DNA from: Perna viridis
Lineage: Eukaryota
Assembly (NCBI GenBank): GCA_037379345.1
Contig: CM074511.1
Span: 67,090,862-67,154,861, forward strand
DNA length: 64,000 bases
Direction of reading: 5' to 3'
In this document: positions 38,901 through 52,030 of the stretch, one piece after another
How positions within the stretch are numbered: position 1 is the stretch's first letter
How the letters are laid out: each line of letters begins with the position of its first letter
Made by a program: the position numbers and the translations under genes
Notes under the pieces: generated by a model
The model's database searches: none
Seen by the model: the letters and a program-made list of their open reading frames with translations, nothing else
Told to the model about the DNA's origin: nothing

Positions 38901-41900
38901 ATACTTCAATGAATATTTTTTCTAAACAGGGAAAACTCAAAATTTAGATACTACAGCGTTCATGTGTGGATGTTGTTTAGAACTAACTGTTGTATTGTAA
39001 CTTCTCAGAGATGTAAATATAAGTAGTATGTGAAGTGATAATATTGCTATTAAGCTGTTATAATTTGTATCTAAGACTTTGCACTTTAACTCAAGTCAAT
39101 CTATGTTGTAATATTATAATTTGTATGTATAGAACACTAAACTGTTACTCAAGTCGATCTAATCCTCTTGCAAATTCATCTTAGCTACTTTGTCATTTGT
39201 TAAAGTTACCTGTAGAAATTTCAGATGACTCTTTAATAACATTTGACCTCCCTCTCCATTCTGACCTTGGTAATAATTCAACAACAACCATATCACCATG
39301 TACAGTTCTATTTCTACTGGCACTACCATATATCAATATATCTGAACATGTCTCTTCTTGAGAATCTAGTCTAGCATTAAATACATAAATATAAGATAAA
39401 AAATATGCAGATTGAGGAATGGAAACCATGATCACTTTATACCTCCTGCTTTCAAGCTGCAAGGTATAAAAAGGAAGAAGTATACACAGGAAAAATGCAA
39501 CATATGTTGTCATATGTTTAGGACCAGTATGGTAAACATATAATATATTGCTTTTAAAAGCACATGACATCATATATTTTATATCTTTCAAAATCATACA
39601 CTTTTCATATATGAAATCATATGGAAAACATATAAATATCATATGATTTTTATTTACTTGTTTTTCAAGAATTAATTCATTAATCAGAAACATATTTTTC
39701 ATGGTAGTCCTAAACATATGAAAAACATATATTTTAATTTTTCCTATGTATACAGTACCTACATTAATTATTTGCATGACTACTTTTTCTGTTCATCATT
39801 TGTTCACTGATATTTCATGCATTTAAAGATAAAAATATTCAATCATCAATGAAGTGTGTCCACCTACACTATGGCTAACGACTATTTTGACAATTCCCTT
39901 TTTCCCACGGTGGGCGTGGGCAATGGTGGACAATTTGTGTCCACCCTTGGACACGTTCCCACCAGCCCACAGTAGACACGTGGTTGGTCACTGTCCACAT
40001 TGCCCACGCATTCTGGTGGTCACTTTTAAATCTTATTTCGTTTTATAAGGAATCGGAGTTAAAAACTCATTCTTACGTAATAATTATTACTGTCCTGTTG
40101 TATTATAAGAAGCATATCTAATTGTATGAACTATCGGGAACAATATTTCACAGGTGTCAATAGAGCTTCTTTATAATGGGCAGTCATCAAATACCTGTGG
40201 GCGGGATTAAAACAGAGAAGCGTGAGCATTTGCCAACAAATGGAATAAATACAGGAAAACTTTTGATAGGTGCCATTTGATCTCTTTAATTGACAGTTAA
40301 TCAATTAACGGTAGCGGCAGATTTTAACATAGTACAGCGCTATCAATTGTCAAAAAATAAGTTGTATTACAGAAGAAATTTTGATTTAACGTTAATTACA
40401 TGTTACTTGTTGGATTGGAATATATTCAGAATACTAAATAGTTCAATATAACTTATATGAATTTGGAAACAACTAATCTTGTAAGATGAATTCTAAGAAA
40501 AATACTTTAACGGCCATGTGATGGAAAAAGTGCACCCTCCTTTTGCTTATAATTTTTAAAGTTCTCAGAGAAAATCAGCTAAGATTGGATGTGCAGTCCC
40601 TTTGTTTTGCTATGAATTTCTCACGGTGGCTAAAGATGCAGGTGTTCTATCTCGGACTTTTGATTGACAGGTAATCAATTAAATAAAATGTCAAGGGTGT
40701 GGTTTTAAGTAAAGATGCAGTTACGTTGACAGGTAATAAATTATAGGAATATTGAGGGTGTGGTTTAAAGTATTGTGAACTGAAAGTGGACAGTTAACTG
40801 GCGCGTATTAGCAAACGACACTTACATGTACCTTAGAAGACGTATTCATGTAGGTGATTTAATCATGATTAGACCTTCGTGCATGTGTGTACTAAGATTG
40901 AGGAGTAATAAAGTGTGTTTTTTATTTTGGTCAACAACCTTAAAAAAAAATAAACGAGATATATGATGAGTACAACCTTCATGAAATTCGAAAATAAAAT
41001 CGAAATGACTGCGGGCTGGTGTTATGAATTTTAAATATGCTAAAATTTGAATAATACTCTCAACTATGATTAATTTAATATGTACAGTATCCATTTCAAC
41101 AACTACAAGTGAAAGGCAAAATAATGCAAAAATATGAAATTTTCAAACTCATTTTTGTCCTGTTTTAGTATTGAAATATATTGGAGATTTTCAGAAAAAG
41201 GCCTACTAAGTCGGCACACCAGAGTAAATAAAAACCAGGTTAGGTGTACAATATCATTACATGATACATGTAGCAACTAGCAACTGGAAATGATAAAATT
41301 AAGGCCTTATGAATTTAAAGCATTTAATTCATATAAAAACCTAATTATATTAATTCCTAATTAAACACCTGGTGGTGTCACAATTTTGGCTTGAGGCAAA
41401 TTATACATGAAAGAAAATTAATTCTCACAGTCAAGGTAATGATTGACACATTGTTCTTTTATTTGTCAACCGTTTGAACTCTGTAATAAAATTGCAGATC
41501 ATGGATTAAATCCAATCAACAGGTTATCACGCATCCACCGGATACCGTGGGTGTGGACACTATACTGTCCACCGTTGGCATTAAGGGTGGGCAAAGCGTG
41601 GACAACTTGATTTGTCCACCGTGGGTGAGTGGCATCGTCAAAATAGTCGTTAGCTGTAGTGTAAGGTAAGTGTTCCAGCTAGAAAATTTGGACAGAAGGA
41701 TACAACATGGATAAATGGTATTATTGATAGTTTCTGCTAAATTAGATGTTGCGTGCTAAATTATAATAAGAAGATCCCCACTCAACCATTTCTGTCAAAT
41801 TATATACTACAGTAAACAGAAAGTAGATAAACAAAGAACCTACAAAGAAGAGACATGGTACAAGTCATGACGCAAAAAAAACAAGATAACTAATATAATA

Positions 41901-44900
41901 GTACTCCCTTTAATAAAAGTTAAGAAATCTGTAACAGAAAAGTGTAACAGATGGACAAAGTGATTGCATCACTTAAAAAAACTTAAAAAAATTATGCATG
42001 GTAAGCAGAAAGGAGATACGCTAGGAAATTGGGTAGACATGGTGCTCGTACGAAATAAAAAAGTATGTGTGGTCCCAGTCATCCGACCAACCCTTGACTT
42101 TTTTTGCCAAATGATAAAAAAAAAAAAAAATTATACTGTAAAAGCAGAAATTTCCGTCAGCATTTATTTCGTGGCTAGAACAATTCCACGAAAATAAGTC
42201 CCCACGAAGTTCATCTCAAAATATATATTTCAATTTTAAAGAAAGCATTAGTCTGAATTCAAATACACTTATGTACATTCCCTCAAAATATGTGGCTATA
42301 ATTTACTTCACCTATGTGTGTCGCTGAGTGAAAACAATTCTCACAAAGAAAGCTTGAATCAGAAGTGCAAAAAAAATTTGTCCCCACATATTAAGTTTCC
42401 AAGACAAAACCACAAAAATAAATGTTTATACAGTATCTATTTTTTTAAATCCGTACCTACTAACCCAGTTTTTTTTCTATGAGGTGACCAGAACCACAAA
42501 TACTATTTTTTTATCTGACCTTTCACTTATAATGAAATTCCTATCTAGAAAGACAAGTGTATAAAATGCTTCTAACCTTTTCCTTCTGACAAACGCCTCA
42601 TCTCCAGCATTCTGTCTATTGACATTAAGATGACCCTGAATATATTTCCCTGTTTTTAACCCAGCCTCCAGTACATCTGCTGGTAAATAACCACTGTAGC
42701 TTTTGTCTAAGTAAAAAATGAAGACAGCACATAATATGGCATACATACATGTACATGTACATTTGGTATGTATTTAAAGCTTCTTTCAAAATATCAAGTG
42801 ACTGTGATAACAAGTTGAAGAGAAAACTGTACAAAAAAGTTTTACTTGAACGAATGGACGCCATGATCACTATATATCTACCCTGATAATGGCAGCAAAT
42901 CTTGTGCAATCCCAATTGTTTTGGAAGATTTTATTTTTTCCTTTCAATTGTAGTAACACAGAAATCTAACAATACAGTTTTACAACCTGTTTCACTAATT
43001 ATACTTTTTTAAACTGATAACTTTGTAGAAGATGGGAATGATAATGCAATGAGAAAAGCTACAGAAATTTTTTCTGCACCATGAGAAATGATTTGTTCAT
43101 AGTATCATAGTATTTTTTCTCTTTTGTCTACCTTGGTGTGACATTTGGTGAGTGTTTCTAGAATAGCAGAGGACATTAAGTCACTTACCCTATTGGTAAA
43201 CATGATCCATGATCCAAGTTTACAGCGGAGTCCTGGTTGCTGAATTACTTTTGTTTCTATGTGGTTGTCTATTTTCCCTGTCTAGTAATTATTCTTGGAT
43301 TAAGTTCTTTTTGATAACTGTTCGAATTCTGGATCCCTAGATTTCCCTCCACATTCTAATCCCCCCCAAGTTATGCTTCATACATGTACCTACTTTTACA
43401 CTTTGTCTGTATGGCAGCAGTTAAAGAAAGAAAAGTTTCCATCAATTTTGGACTGATCTGTTTCCAAAATGTCTGTAAATATTCCTCCAGTTTCAATACA
43501 AATACGTTTATGGTCTTGGAGCCATATTCTTCTATCACCTGTTAAAGATAAAGACATGCTTTTTAAAACTACATAATCTACACCTTTATCTCCAGACTAG
43601 AAAAAAATGAGTAATAGGAATTAACTAGAAATGTTTGATAATTGGTCTTTTTTTTTTTACAAGTTTACCATTTTTTTTTGGCGCTGACTGAATACAAATG
43701 TGAATTCAATGTGAATATTAACATCACTGAAAATTAATATTCGTGGATCTATGACTATCTTGTCAAATAAAATACAAATAAAAATGAGTTATCTTTCTTT
43801 TTCTTTTCATTTCGTCCTATAGATATCCCTCCTAAATGACGGGGAACAGACATTTATTGTATAGTTAACGTTATTGACGTTGTCTTGTCAACTGCCTATG
43901 GATATTTATGGGTGAATGATTTTAATGCTACAAAACATTATTTTATTGTGAATTAAAAATAAATATTTTATATACCTATCTTATGTTTTTTTTCAGGTAT
44001 TAAGACAAAAATTAAAATCAAACTTGAAAGATAACTGTCTCTGATCAACAGGAAGTTGAAAATTTGATGGAAAAATTGTACAAAAGACACCCAACCTGAT
44101 CAATCCAATTTCCCAAACTTGTTCGTGGATAAAAACTTTCGCGATTTTCACAGGCTCGCGAAAACCGCAAAAATTTCTTGGTTTAGAGTATTATAGCAGA
44201 GGTTATAACCTATTTAAGATTGATAACAATGAACATGGTCACTTGACAGAATCCCCAAAATTTGATACCACAGCAGAAGTTATAACCTATTTAAGAGATA
44301 CATAGTAAATCAGACAGTAGTTACAGTGGAGGAGATTCCTTCAGTATAATATGGAAACAATATTATGCTTCTTCTAAGTTTCTAATTCCATGTCTCTACA
44401 CTGATATATATTTTATTTACAGAAATAAGAGTTTCCTTTATTTTTTTAAACATTGTTTATTTTCAAGCTTCTTTTATGTAAACATAATTTTTATCTTTAA
44501 CTACTCAATTAATCTACACTTAAAAAGCAGTATACAAAAGTTAAACAGTATTGTTTTTGTAAACCCAACATGAGACAGGTGAAATTTGAAACGCTCCCAT
44601 AGAAACATTGTTTTTACAAGCTTGGTCCAACGGAATACTGGTCCGAAGTTCAAGGATTCATATGGAATTGTGGGTAAGACTGATAATATTATTTTGTAAA
44701 CACTCTGTAGACATCTAGGCCATATCTATCTTGAAAAAAAAATCTGAGATGATTTGTAAAATTATCCAAGATAGTGAATATTCATTTGGTTCTCAATTGT
44801 ATTCAAACAGTAAAGAAAATAGAGTAGCCTTGATGCTGTTTTCAAGCTCCTGAATGAAGGTGTAAATAACACAACCATTTATGCTCTCTTTGGAAGTGTA

Positions 44901-46874
44901 ATAATTTTTTTTGAAAAAGAAGAATGATCATCACTAATTAATCAACAATAAGTACATACTTTGTCATCATTGGTAACCATGACAATTGGAAGTTGACCAG
45001 CCAAATGATTGAAGTACCACTCAGCAGTTTTGTATGTACACCTGTAAAGTGAAATGAACATAATTATTTATAAAGGTGATATGTAGAAGGATACTGTAAA
45101 TACCAGTATGTCAATCCCAGTTATGGGATTGTTGAACATTTTATTTTGAAAAGCTTCAAATGGAAGTAACTTTCTTCAAAGTAATGTCTACTTTATGAAC
45201 CTAACTAACACTAATAGAAATTCAGTGGTTTCAGTTTTCATACATTTCTCATATTTGTCCTTCATGTATGAAATAGTATGTTTCATTTTTCTCCTATGAA
45301 ATATACAAGTATGTATTCAAATTCATACAACACACCTAGACTGCCAAGTAGACAATGATTCCCCTGAATTTCTCTCACAGTATGCATACTTCTGGAATTC
45401 ATTGTAAAATATTACGGCACCTTTAGATTTGTCTTTCACCATTCTCTTCAATCTATTATGAAGGTTTCTACTACCTTCATGCTGAACCTGAATAAATAAT
45501 GTTGGTAGACAGAATTCATTAATACTTATCTACAAACATGCACATGTAAATCTTCGTACACAGTATGTAAATATGAAATGTAAAAAAAAATGTTTGTTGC
45601 ATGTATAACTATTAACTTCCTGAACTTAGCAAAATGATTATTGTGAAATAACAATTTTTAGTAAAGACCACTTGATGTTTTTGGTGTATTGTGATTCCTA
45701 TGTTGCTAAACATATTTGTTGTTCCATAGGCCAGTCACAGGCATATACAGAAGTAGGATTTATTTCACCATCCATGAAAGGCCCATGGACTGCCTTTACC
45801 TGTTTTTTTTTTCACTGTTTGCTAAGTTGTTTTCTCTTTGATACATTCCCCATTTCAATTTTTTGTAAAGTTTGTTCACTGTTAGTTTGTGGTGTTTCAA
45901 GTTTCTGAATTTGACCAAACTTCATATGTGTTTATCTTGGCATCCTTATAAGTCACACTTCATAACATCATCACTTGATTCACGGACAATTTTACATGTA
46001 GCACACATCAGTACACAATTAAAATTGTAGGTAATGATACATACAAATACTTACACTATGTTCTGCAGTCTGTGTGAAGATGATCCCATGAATTTCTGGC
46101 GTTTCTAAAATTTCCAAGTATTCCCTAGCAATCTGACAATCGGGTACTAGATAATGTGTCAGATTTGATGGCAACAAATCAAGCTGGTCTGTATTATAGA
46201 AGTAAATTACATGTGTAATGTTTCTTGTGATGTATTTATTAGACACAATTTTTGTTTAGACAAAAAAAATCTAACACGGCTGACATCAAAGGATAAAATT
46301 TGAAGTTTCTCCATGGTTCTGTCAAGTTAATGAACATTAAAAACTTATCCAAGGTGGTGTTTATTTTTTTTTGTCCCCTCTAAAATTAATTTTGTGATAA
46401 GTAGCCTACATTCTATTGTCATGTCATGAGTAAAATAAATCTCAAATGGTTGAAAAGCAATATGTTCAAAGTTCCATAACTCTGAATGTAAAAAACTGAA
46501 AACAAAGAAAAATGAAAGGAAGTTTATTTATATTATTACAAACATTGTACCAACTTGGGTAATAAAATTTATTAAAAGTCATCATTTGAGGTGTGAACAG
46601 TCAGATTAACAGACAGCAGAATTGGTACCAGTGTAATCAGAAGACATGTATAGAAAAAACCCTACTCATTATAATACATTGTAAACACCATAATAAGTTT
46701 TACACAGCAACCAACATACTAGCCTCCATCAAAACTACAGGTTCCCAGACATAAACGACTTTGACATGGAATATTTTCTCTTCTATAGACCTCTCTAACA
46801 ACACTAACATTTTTTCCATGGCTACTTTTCAGTCTTAGATATCTGTTGTCTTTTTCAAGGTTTTCTATAACCAT
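23915..46874 (-). CDS. DIS3L: DIS3-like exosome 3'-5' exoribonuclease 1, about 1044 aa, 22 coding exons
   Basis: Exons on the minus strand: 46874-46724, 46188-46055, 45487-45336, 45041-44960, 43538-43394, 42706-42577, 39370-39210, 37596-37475, 37192-36935, 36395-36247, 35657-35466, 31759-31657, 31164-31070, 29827-29671, 28534-28439, 27520-27368, 27088-26939, 26801-26697, 25736-25594, 24815-24644, 24490-24365, 24073-23915. Phases are consistent and total 3135 nt. Domains: CR3 motif (VREVY.R..IPC..LC..C), PIN, cold-shock ([15 protein letters not shown]), RNB ([36 protein letters not shown]) and S1. The peptides match DIS3L rather than DIS3 or DIS3L2. Confidence 0.96.
25064..25257. mobile_element. 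TA-flanked MITE (Tc1/mariner-like ends)
   Basis: Perfect 14-bp inverted termini ATACTGTAAACATA and TATGTTTACAGTAT. A related copy lies at about 42133-42436. Confidence 0.75.
28565..29450 (-). mobile_element. Helentron/HINE (pearl-like) non-autonomous element in a DIS3L intron
   Basis: AGAGGCTCTAAGAGCCT palindrome at one end and CAAGTGATGGCAATAGCTCACATGGCC with GAC/GAT repeats at the other. Same internal modules as 22078-23475. Confidence 0.8.
31799..31946. repeat. Foldback palindromic element of about 150 bp
   Basis: Arms GTCTATGA.GAAATAACCTCAAT..TGGTGCACACT and AGTGTGCACCA..ATTGAGGTTATTTC..AGAC. Confidence 0.75.
32800..32931. repeat. Foldback inverted repeat of about 130 bp
   Basis: ATAAGCTCCCA..ATTATTTAGACATTCAGTAGAT pairs with ATCTACTGACTGTCTAAATAAT..TGGGAGCTTAT. 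Confidence 0.75.
39867..41661. mobile_element. Non-autonomous DNA transposon with CACTA...TAGTG termini (EnSpm/CMC-like), about 1.8 kb
   Basis: TIRs CACTATGGCTAACGACTATTTTGAC and GTCAAAATAGTCGTTAGCTGTAGTG, flanked by TA on both sides. Clusters of GTCCAC/GTGGAC subterminal repeats at both ends. No transposase ORF. Confidence 0.85.
43128..43320 (+). mobile_element. Old degenerate Penelope-like 3' UTR fragment
   Basis: GTGTTTCTAGAATAGCAGAGGAC..CTTACCCTA..GGAGTCC..GTTGCT aligns by eye to the 3' UTR of the copies at 13549 and 51020. Confidence 0.6.
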
Positions 46875-49423
46875 TTTGTCTGCTTTTTTAAAGCATATTC
46901 TTGAAATTTAACAGCTGTAAAATAGAATTAAAACACATTGTATAAATCACAGATATACTGCTGGAAGTAGATGTAAAATACTTCACATTACTTGTACACA
47001 TGTACGTAGTCTACATGTACTAGTACAAAGAATTTCTGAAAATCCAATTTTCTAGAAGCTTTGATTTAAACAGAATATTCAATTGATTTGTAAAGACATG
47101 AATTTCTGGTTAATATAATATTTACTCTTGACAAGCCCTTCTTAAGAGGGCATCCATGCAAAAACCAGGCAGTGGGTGGCACATGACAAATTTTGTATTT
47201 AAAAAAAATCAACCATTTCATATGGCAAATACATCCTTTCTCAAAGTTTAATGTTGGTTTTTGATTAACAGCAAGAATTAAGTAGAAATAAATTACACAG
47301 AAAGCATTGAAAAAGGGAGATAACCTTTTCATTTTGCACAAAATTTGCTTGCTTTCTTAGGGAACTTCAAAATCATTTTCTGAGACATCCATTGTACTAT
47401 TTGACATACAGATCATCTAAACATTAGATTGGAACAAAAAATTTCCTGGATTAATATTTCTGTCTGCCCTCTATATCATAGTAATTGCCTGGTTTCTTCT
47501 ACATGGATAGTCTCTTAAAATTTAAGGTAAACAACATATAAACAATTTCCACTCTGTGGAACAAAAACAGCAGTCACAGATAATGCCAGATAAAAAAAGC
47601 TGGTTTACCTTGGACAATTACACTAAGCTCAGAGACTTACTATTATAATAACTGGTACAGACCATAGCTTGGGGTTTCATCATTGATGGTAACAACATTA
47701 GCAATGGGGGAAAAACAAAACATATCAAAAGGTTCCTATGGAATCTCATGCATTTTGTTCTTTCTTAAAACTGTTTAATTACTATCAGGAATCAAAATAA
47801 TAAAAAGGAAAAATAAGAAAGTTATAAAGTTTGACAAGTTGATGTCTATAATACTGACAAAAAATAAGCTATCAAAAGAAGCATTGCTCTATCTAAAGGT
47901 ACTAGAAAGAATTCATTTCCCATTTCCCATACCCACATGTTTAAAAAAAAACTTTCATCCTGTTGTTTTCATTCTAGTCATCTATAATCAACTAGAGAGA
48001 ACAAGATGTATATAGTATTTTGCAGTACAACAAAAATGTTCAAATTTTTTTACTGGTAGTTTTTTTTTACAGGTTTTGAATGTAAAATTGTCAGTAAATG
48101 TTCAGGAACCAGTTTAAATCATCTGATTAATCAGAATTGCATTGAGGGATCGTTTAAATTGATCACAGGTGTCTGGTGATTTCTACTCACAACAAATACG
48201 AATATTCATGGAATACATATTTAAAGTGTTGGCTTATTTAATGATACTTGGGGCTGCTAAGCTTTCAAGATGCAAATGTGTGAGATTTGGCAAAAGTTTG
48301 AAAGACAAAAGGGAAAAAAACAATTGAAGGAAAATGCCACCAAATGTGTGAGTCTGATGCCTTTCAGCTTGGATACTTGTGGAAACTGTTGACAGGAAGC
48401 TGATAATAGTGTAGATCTTTTTCACAGGAAACATTTATTAGAAATTTATAATTCATGTTTAGATTGTCAAAAATGCAAATGTAGAAGTCATAAAAAAAAA
48501 GACAATCAACAGTTAATGAATATTGTATTTGTTAATAACTGTCATTAGATGAGCAAATAAAAATGAAAGTGTCTGTGATAACGCAATATAATATACACAT
48601 GGAAAAAATCAGAAATTATGCAGAATTTGTTCATTTGGTACAATTTATGTGTAACTGTATCCATCAACAAATAGTACTATAGTGGAACATGTATTTTCGA
48701 TTTGAATTTGAAAAAAAAAATAGGTAGCAAGAAGTCTATGAGCGTAAGATCACTATGGATACCTCCTCTTTCCATCACAATATAGGGAAAATAAATGATT
48801 TTTCAGCAAACAGGAAGTAGATTTCATACATGTACATAATTATGAGAAAGAAAATGCATCCTACAACAGAGTACCAATATACCCAAATAAAGCTCTGTAT
48901 AAAATATCAACAGCCCGTGATTTACAGAAGCTGAGAATTTAGTAATGGAATGTATGTGTTACAGAATGATGTTTACAGGTAAAATAGTATCCTCCCTATC
49001 CTATGGAGTAGGGGTATAACTATAACTGGATGTGAAACACTAGGGAATACATTAATTTATTCAAAACACTAATTGAATCATTTTGTAACTAAGCATTTAC
49101 AATTCATAAAAAAGCAGGAGGATAAACATAAAAGCTACTAAAGGTACATGAAACATGCAAACACAGCAAATCAAAATGAAATTATAAAGCACAGACACTA
49201 AGCATAAGCATGCATGCATTTATACATTTGTGCTAATAATTATAAAATCTAGCACTGTTAAGCAAGCACTGAAAAATATAAATATGAAAAAGCAGCTGAA
49301 GATCCACATCTGCACGAGTTGCATTCCAAGTCATTGATAAGACTTTTAAACTAGTTAAAGTTTGTCTAAAAGAATGCAAACCAAAAGTTGTTCTCACCTG
49401 AGGAATTTCTGTTACATTTTCTT

Positions 49424-50230
49424 TTCAATGTGGCAGGACAGCCTAATTGCGTTGTAGTAGGTAGTGAGATTTAAATAGCCAGTTAATTGACTTGGCTAAA
49501 GGATTAATTCGCTGGCTTGTCACCGTGCAGTCTATACTCGACGTCACATACAACACATTCTCGAATTGAAGCTCTACTTTTTTAAACCGTCGGGACTTAC
49601 TGCTAGAGTTGTCTCTCTTATATTTAATATGAAGATAGTTCGCATATATGCATGATGTGTTAGTACCAACGAGTCGCTTATTAGCTTAAATCATGCGTAA
49701 CAAATCCTTACGGGAAAATCCCATACTAATATCCGCCATATTGGTTTCTACGAGACAATTTGTTTACAAACGAAGTTCGTAAGTTCCCGTCGAACTCCGG
49801 TGACAATCGTCTGCTTGATCAACTTTTCGGTATTGTACGTTGTTCGCGTAAAATAAATCTGAGATATCCGAAATAACGCCAAAATGCATTCTGGGTTCTT
49901 CGGTTTTTGGACAAACCATTTAAACGTAAACAACATCTCCTAGCAACCTGATCACTGTAAACATGGTCGATTTTTTACAATGTAAATACTGGCACCGAGA
50001 ATTAAAATCTGACCGGAATTTAACAATTCAATGTTAAGGGAGAAGCTGTTTGGCTAAACGAATAAGCAAGTCACTTAAGACAATTTAATCGACGGTAGGT
50101 GTCAATAAAGTCATAGAAAATATTTTTATTCAAATTTTAACAGTATGTTATTTATGTGACGCCGAGTATAGGGTTCAATCATTGGTGGCAGAGTATAATT
50201 TTGGGAGTCAAATCATGCTGTCCCGTTACA
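49424..50230 (-). promoter_or_regulatory. Putative DIS3L promoter and non-coding first exon region
   Basis: Locally CpG-rich. YY1-type AATATGGCGG on the minus strand (about 49733-49742), CRE-like TGACGTC (49540-49546), RFX-like TAGCAAC (about 49941), and minus-strand donor-like sites at about 49711, 49600 and 49397. The ATG exon has its own acceptor at 46915, so an upstream exon is expected. Confidence 0.55.
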
Positions 50231-51019
50231 TCAAAAACATTAATTAAATTCTATTATGCTGATAGATTTCAACTGCTTGTAGAAGGACAAGTTCGAAAAC
50301 CCTGTAAGCCAATATCGAAGGTGCGCTTTGCTTTTCCAGAAATCTGAAAATTGTAAGGGACCGTCTGATTGTAAATGATTATTATTTCAACGCCCTGACT
50401 CTTTATCTTTGAGCTCTCATTCACTCTGTTCAATGGCTGTTTTATGTTATTTTTGGTTATGATCCAAATATGTCACAGACGCACAGCTTTTTTGACAGTA
50501 AATATCTGAATATTCATTAAATTTCTTAAAAAGTAATAATTACTGAATCTGTTTATTCCCGCAATTTTCCTCAGCTACTATCTCCCTTGGAAAAATTAAA
50601 CACTAAAATCACTGACGGATGTTTTGCCGTTCCGCGTATTAGTATCTAATTTATAATCAAATCGAACATTTAATGTCAACTTTTTTTTTTAGAAATAACT
50701 CGTAATAAGGGAACTTCATGAGAAATAACCCTAAGTTCATCAAATATAGTCCATGGGTTGGGAGCGTCAATCTTGTATCAACGTCATGATGATTTCTCAG
50801 GTACCTGTACATTTATGTTGGATAATCGATATCAAAAAAATTCCCGAATGTCTTTTTATGCATTATTAATATGCTAATAAATTAATTTGAGATAAATACT
50901 GTAATCTGACAGGTTAAAATAATTTTGTAATATTTCAATGGATAAAAAAAATATATTGACATGCCCCTATTCAGTTAAATTCAGAGCTACTTTTCTCTAT
51001 TTTTCAATAGAAAAATATG

Positions 51020-52030
51020 AAGGAGTAATCAAGGGAACCAAGGTTATAGGTAATCATAAGAATGTAATCCAGGGACAAAGACCAGACATGGAAAATAGAC
51101 ATACACAACAAAGAACATAAAGTAACTAAAATCATACATACAAAGTAACAAAAGCAAATGAGCAACTCGGACTCCACTAAAAATGGGAACATAGACCAGG
51201 TGCACAGGTAGGGTAAGCGTCCTCTGCTTTTCTAGAAACACCCACCGAGTTGCTCATAAAATGTCAAGTCCGGGGTAGACAAACGAGGAAAGGAAAACAA
51301 TGACCCGTTGAATAAATCAGTTTTCATGGTGCAAATGGATACACCATAACGATCCACGAGTTCATGATGACGGCCATAAAACTTCTGTAGTGATGACTTC
51401 AATCTTGTAGCAACATAACCCTGTTCAAAAACCCTATTTGTTAGAGTTTTAGCGCGATACAAAAAGTCTGCGTAGTTTCGGCAAGCTCTGGCATAACGTA
51501 TGAGTTGTAATATGAAAACTCCATCGCAGGTGCTGAAGGGATGTTGCCACAGATGAAAGGAAATTTGACAATTCTGAATGAAAAGTCATCACGTTTGTCG
51601 TAAAGTTTGGTCAATAGTTTTCCTTTACCATCGATTTCTAAGTGTAGGTCAAGATATGAGGCTGACTTCACAGTGTCTGTAGTATCCTTTATCTCAAGTT
51701 CTTTGGGGTAGATGCGATGTATCAAATCCCCGAAATTAGGATTGTTTAAAGATAATACGTCATCTATATAGCGGAAACTGAGATTGAAGGATCTAGCCAA
51801 ACGATATCCTTTCTTTCGGATCAGATCAGCTATAAAATCAGCCTAATAAAAGTGAAGGAATAGGTCAGCAAGTAAAGGAGCACAATTTGTTGCCATTGGA
51901 ATGCCGACCGTTTGTTGAAAAACACGTCCACCACACTGGACAAATATGTTGTCGATTAAAAATTCCAGCATTTTGTAAACATCTTCCTCTGAATATTTGG
52001 AAGATGATTTGGAATTATTTCTTACAAAGT
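51020..52030 (-). mobile_element. Penelope-like retroelement, 5'-truncated RT (longest copy)
   Basis: FLIDNIFV..FQQTVGIPMATNCAPLLADLFL, FRYIDDVL, YPKELE, YLDL, LYDKRDDF and RHHELVDRYG. In-frame stop at about 51843 and a frameshift near 51525. No downstream endonuclease. Confidence 0.88.

Noticed and set aside
39193-39777. 194-aa ORF as a standalone gene
   Set aside because: Only 39370-39210 is a DIS3L exon. The rest is AT-rich intron that is open by chance.
49900-50350. Divergent + strand gene sharing the DIS3L promoter
   Set aside because: No recognisable coding exons downstream within the window. A distant or non-coding partner cannot be excluded.
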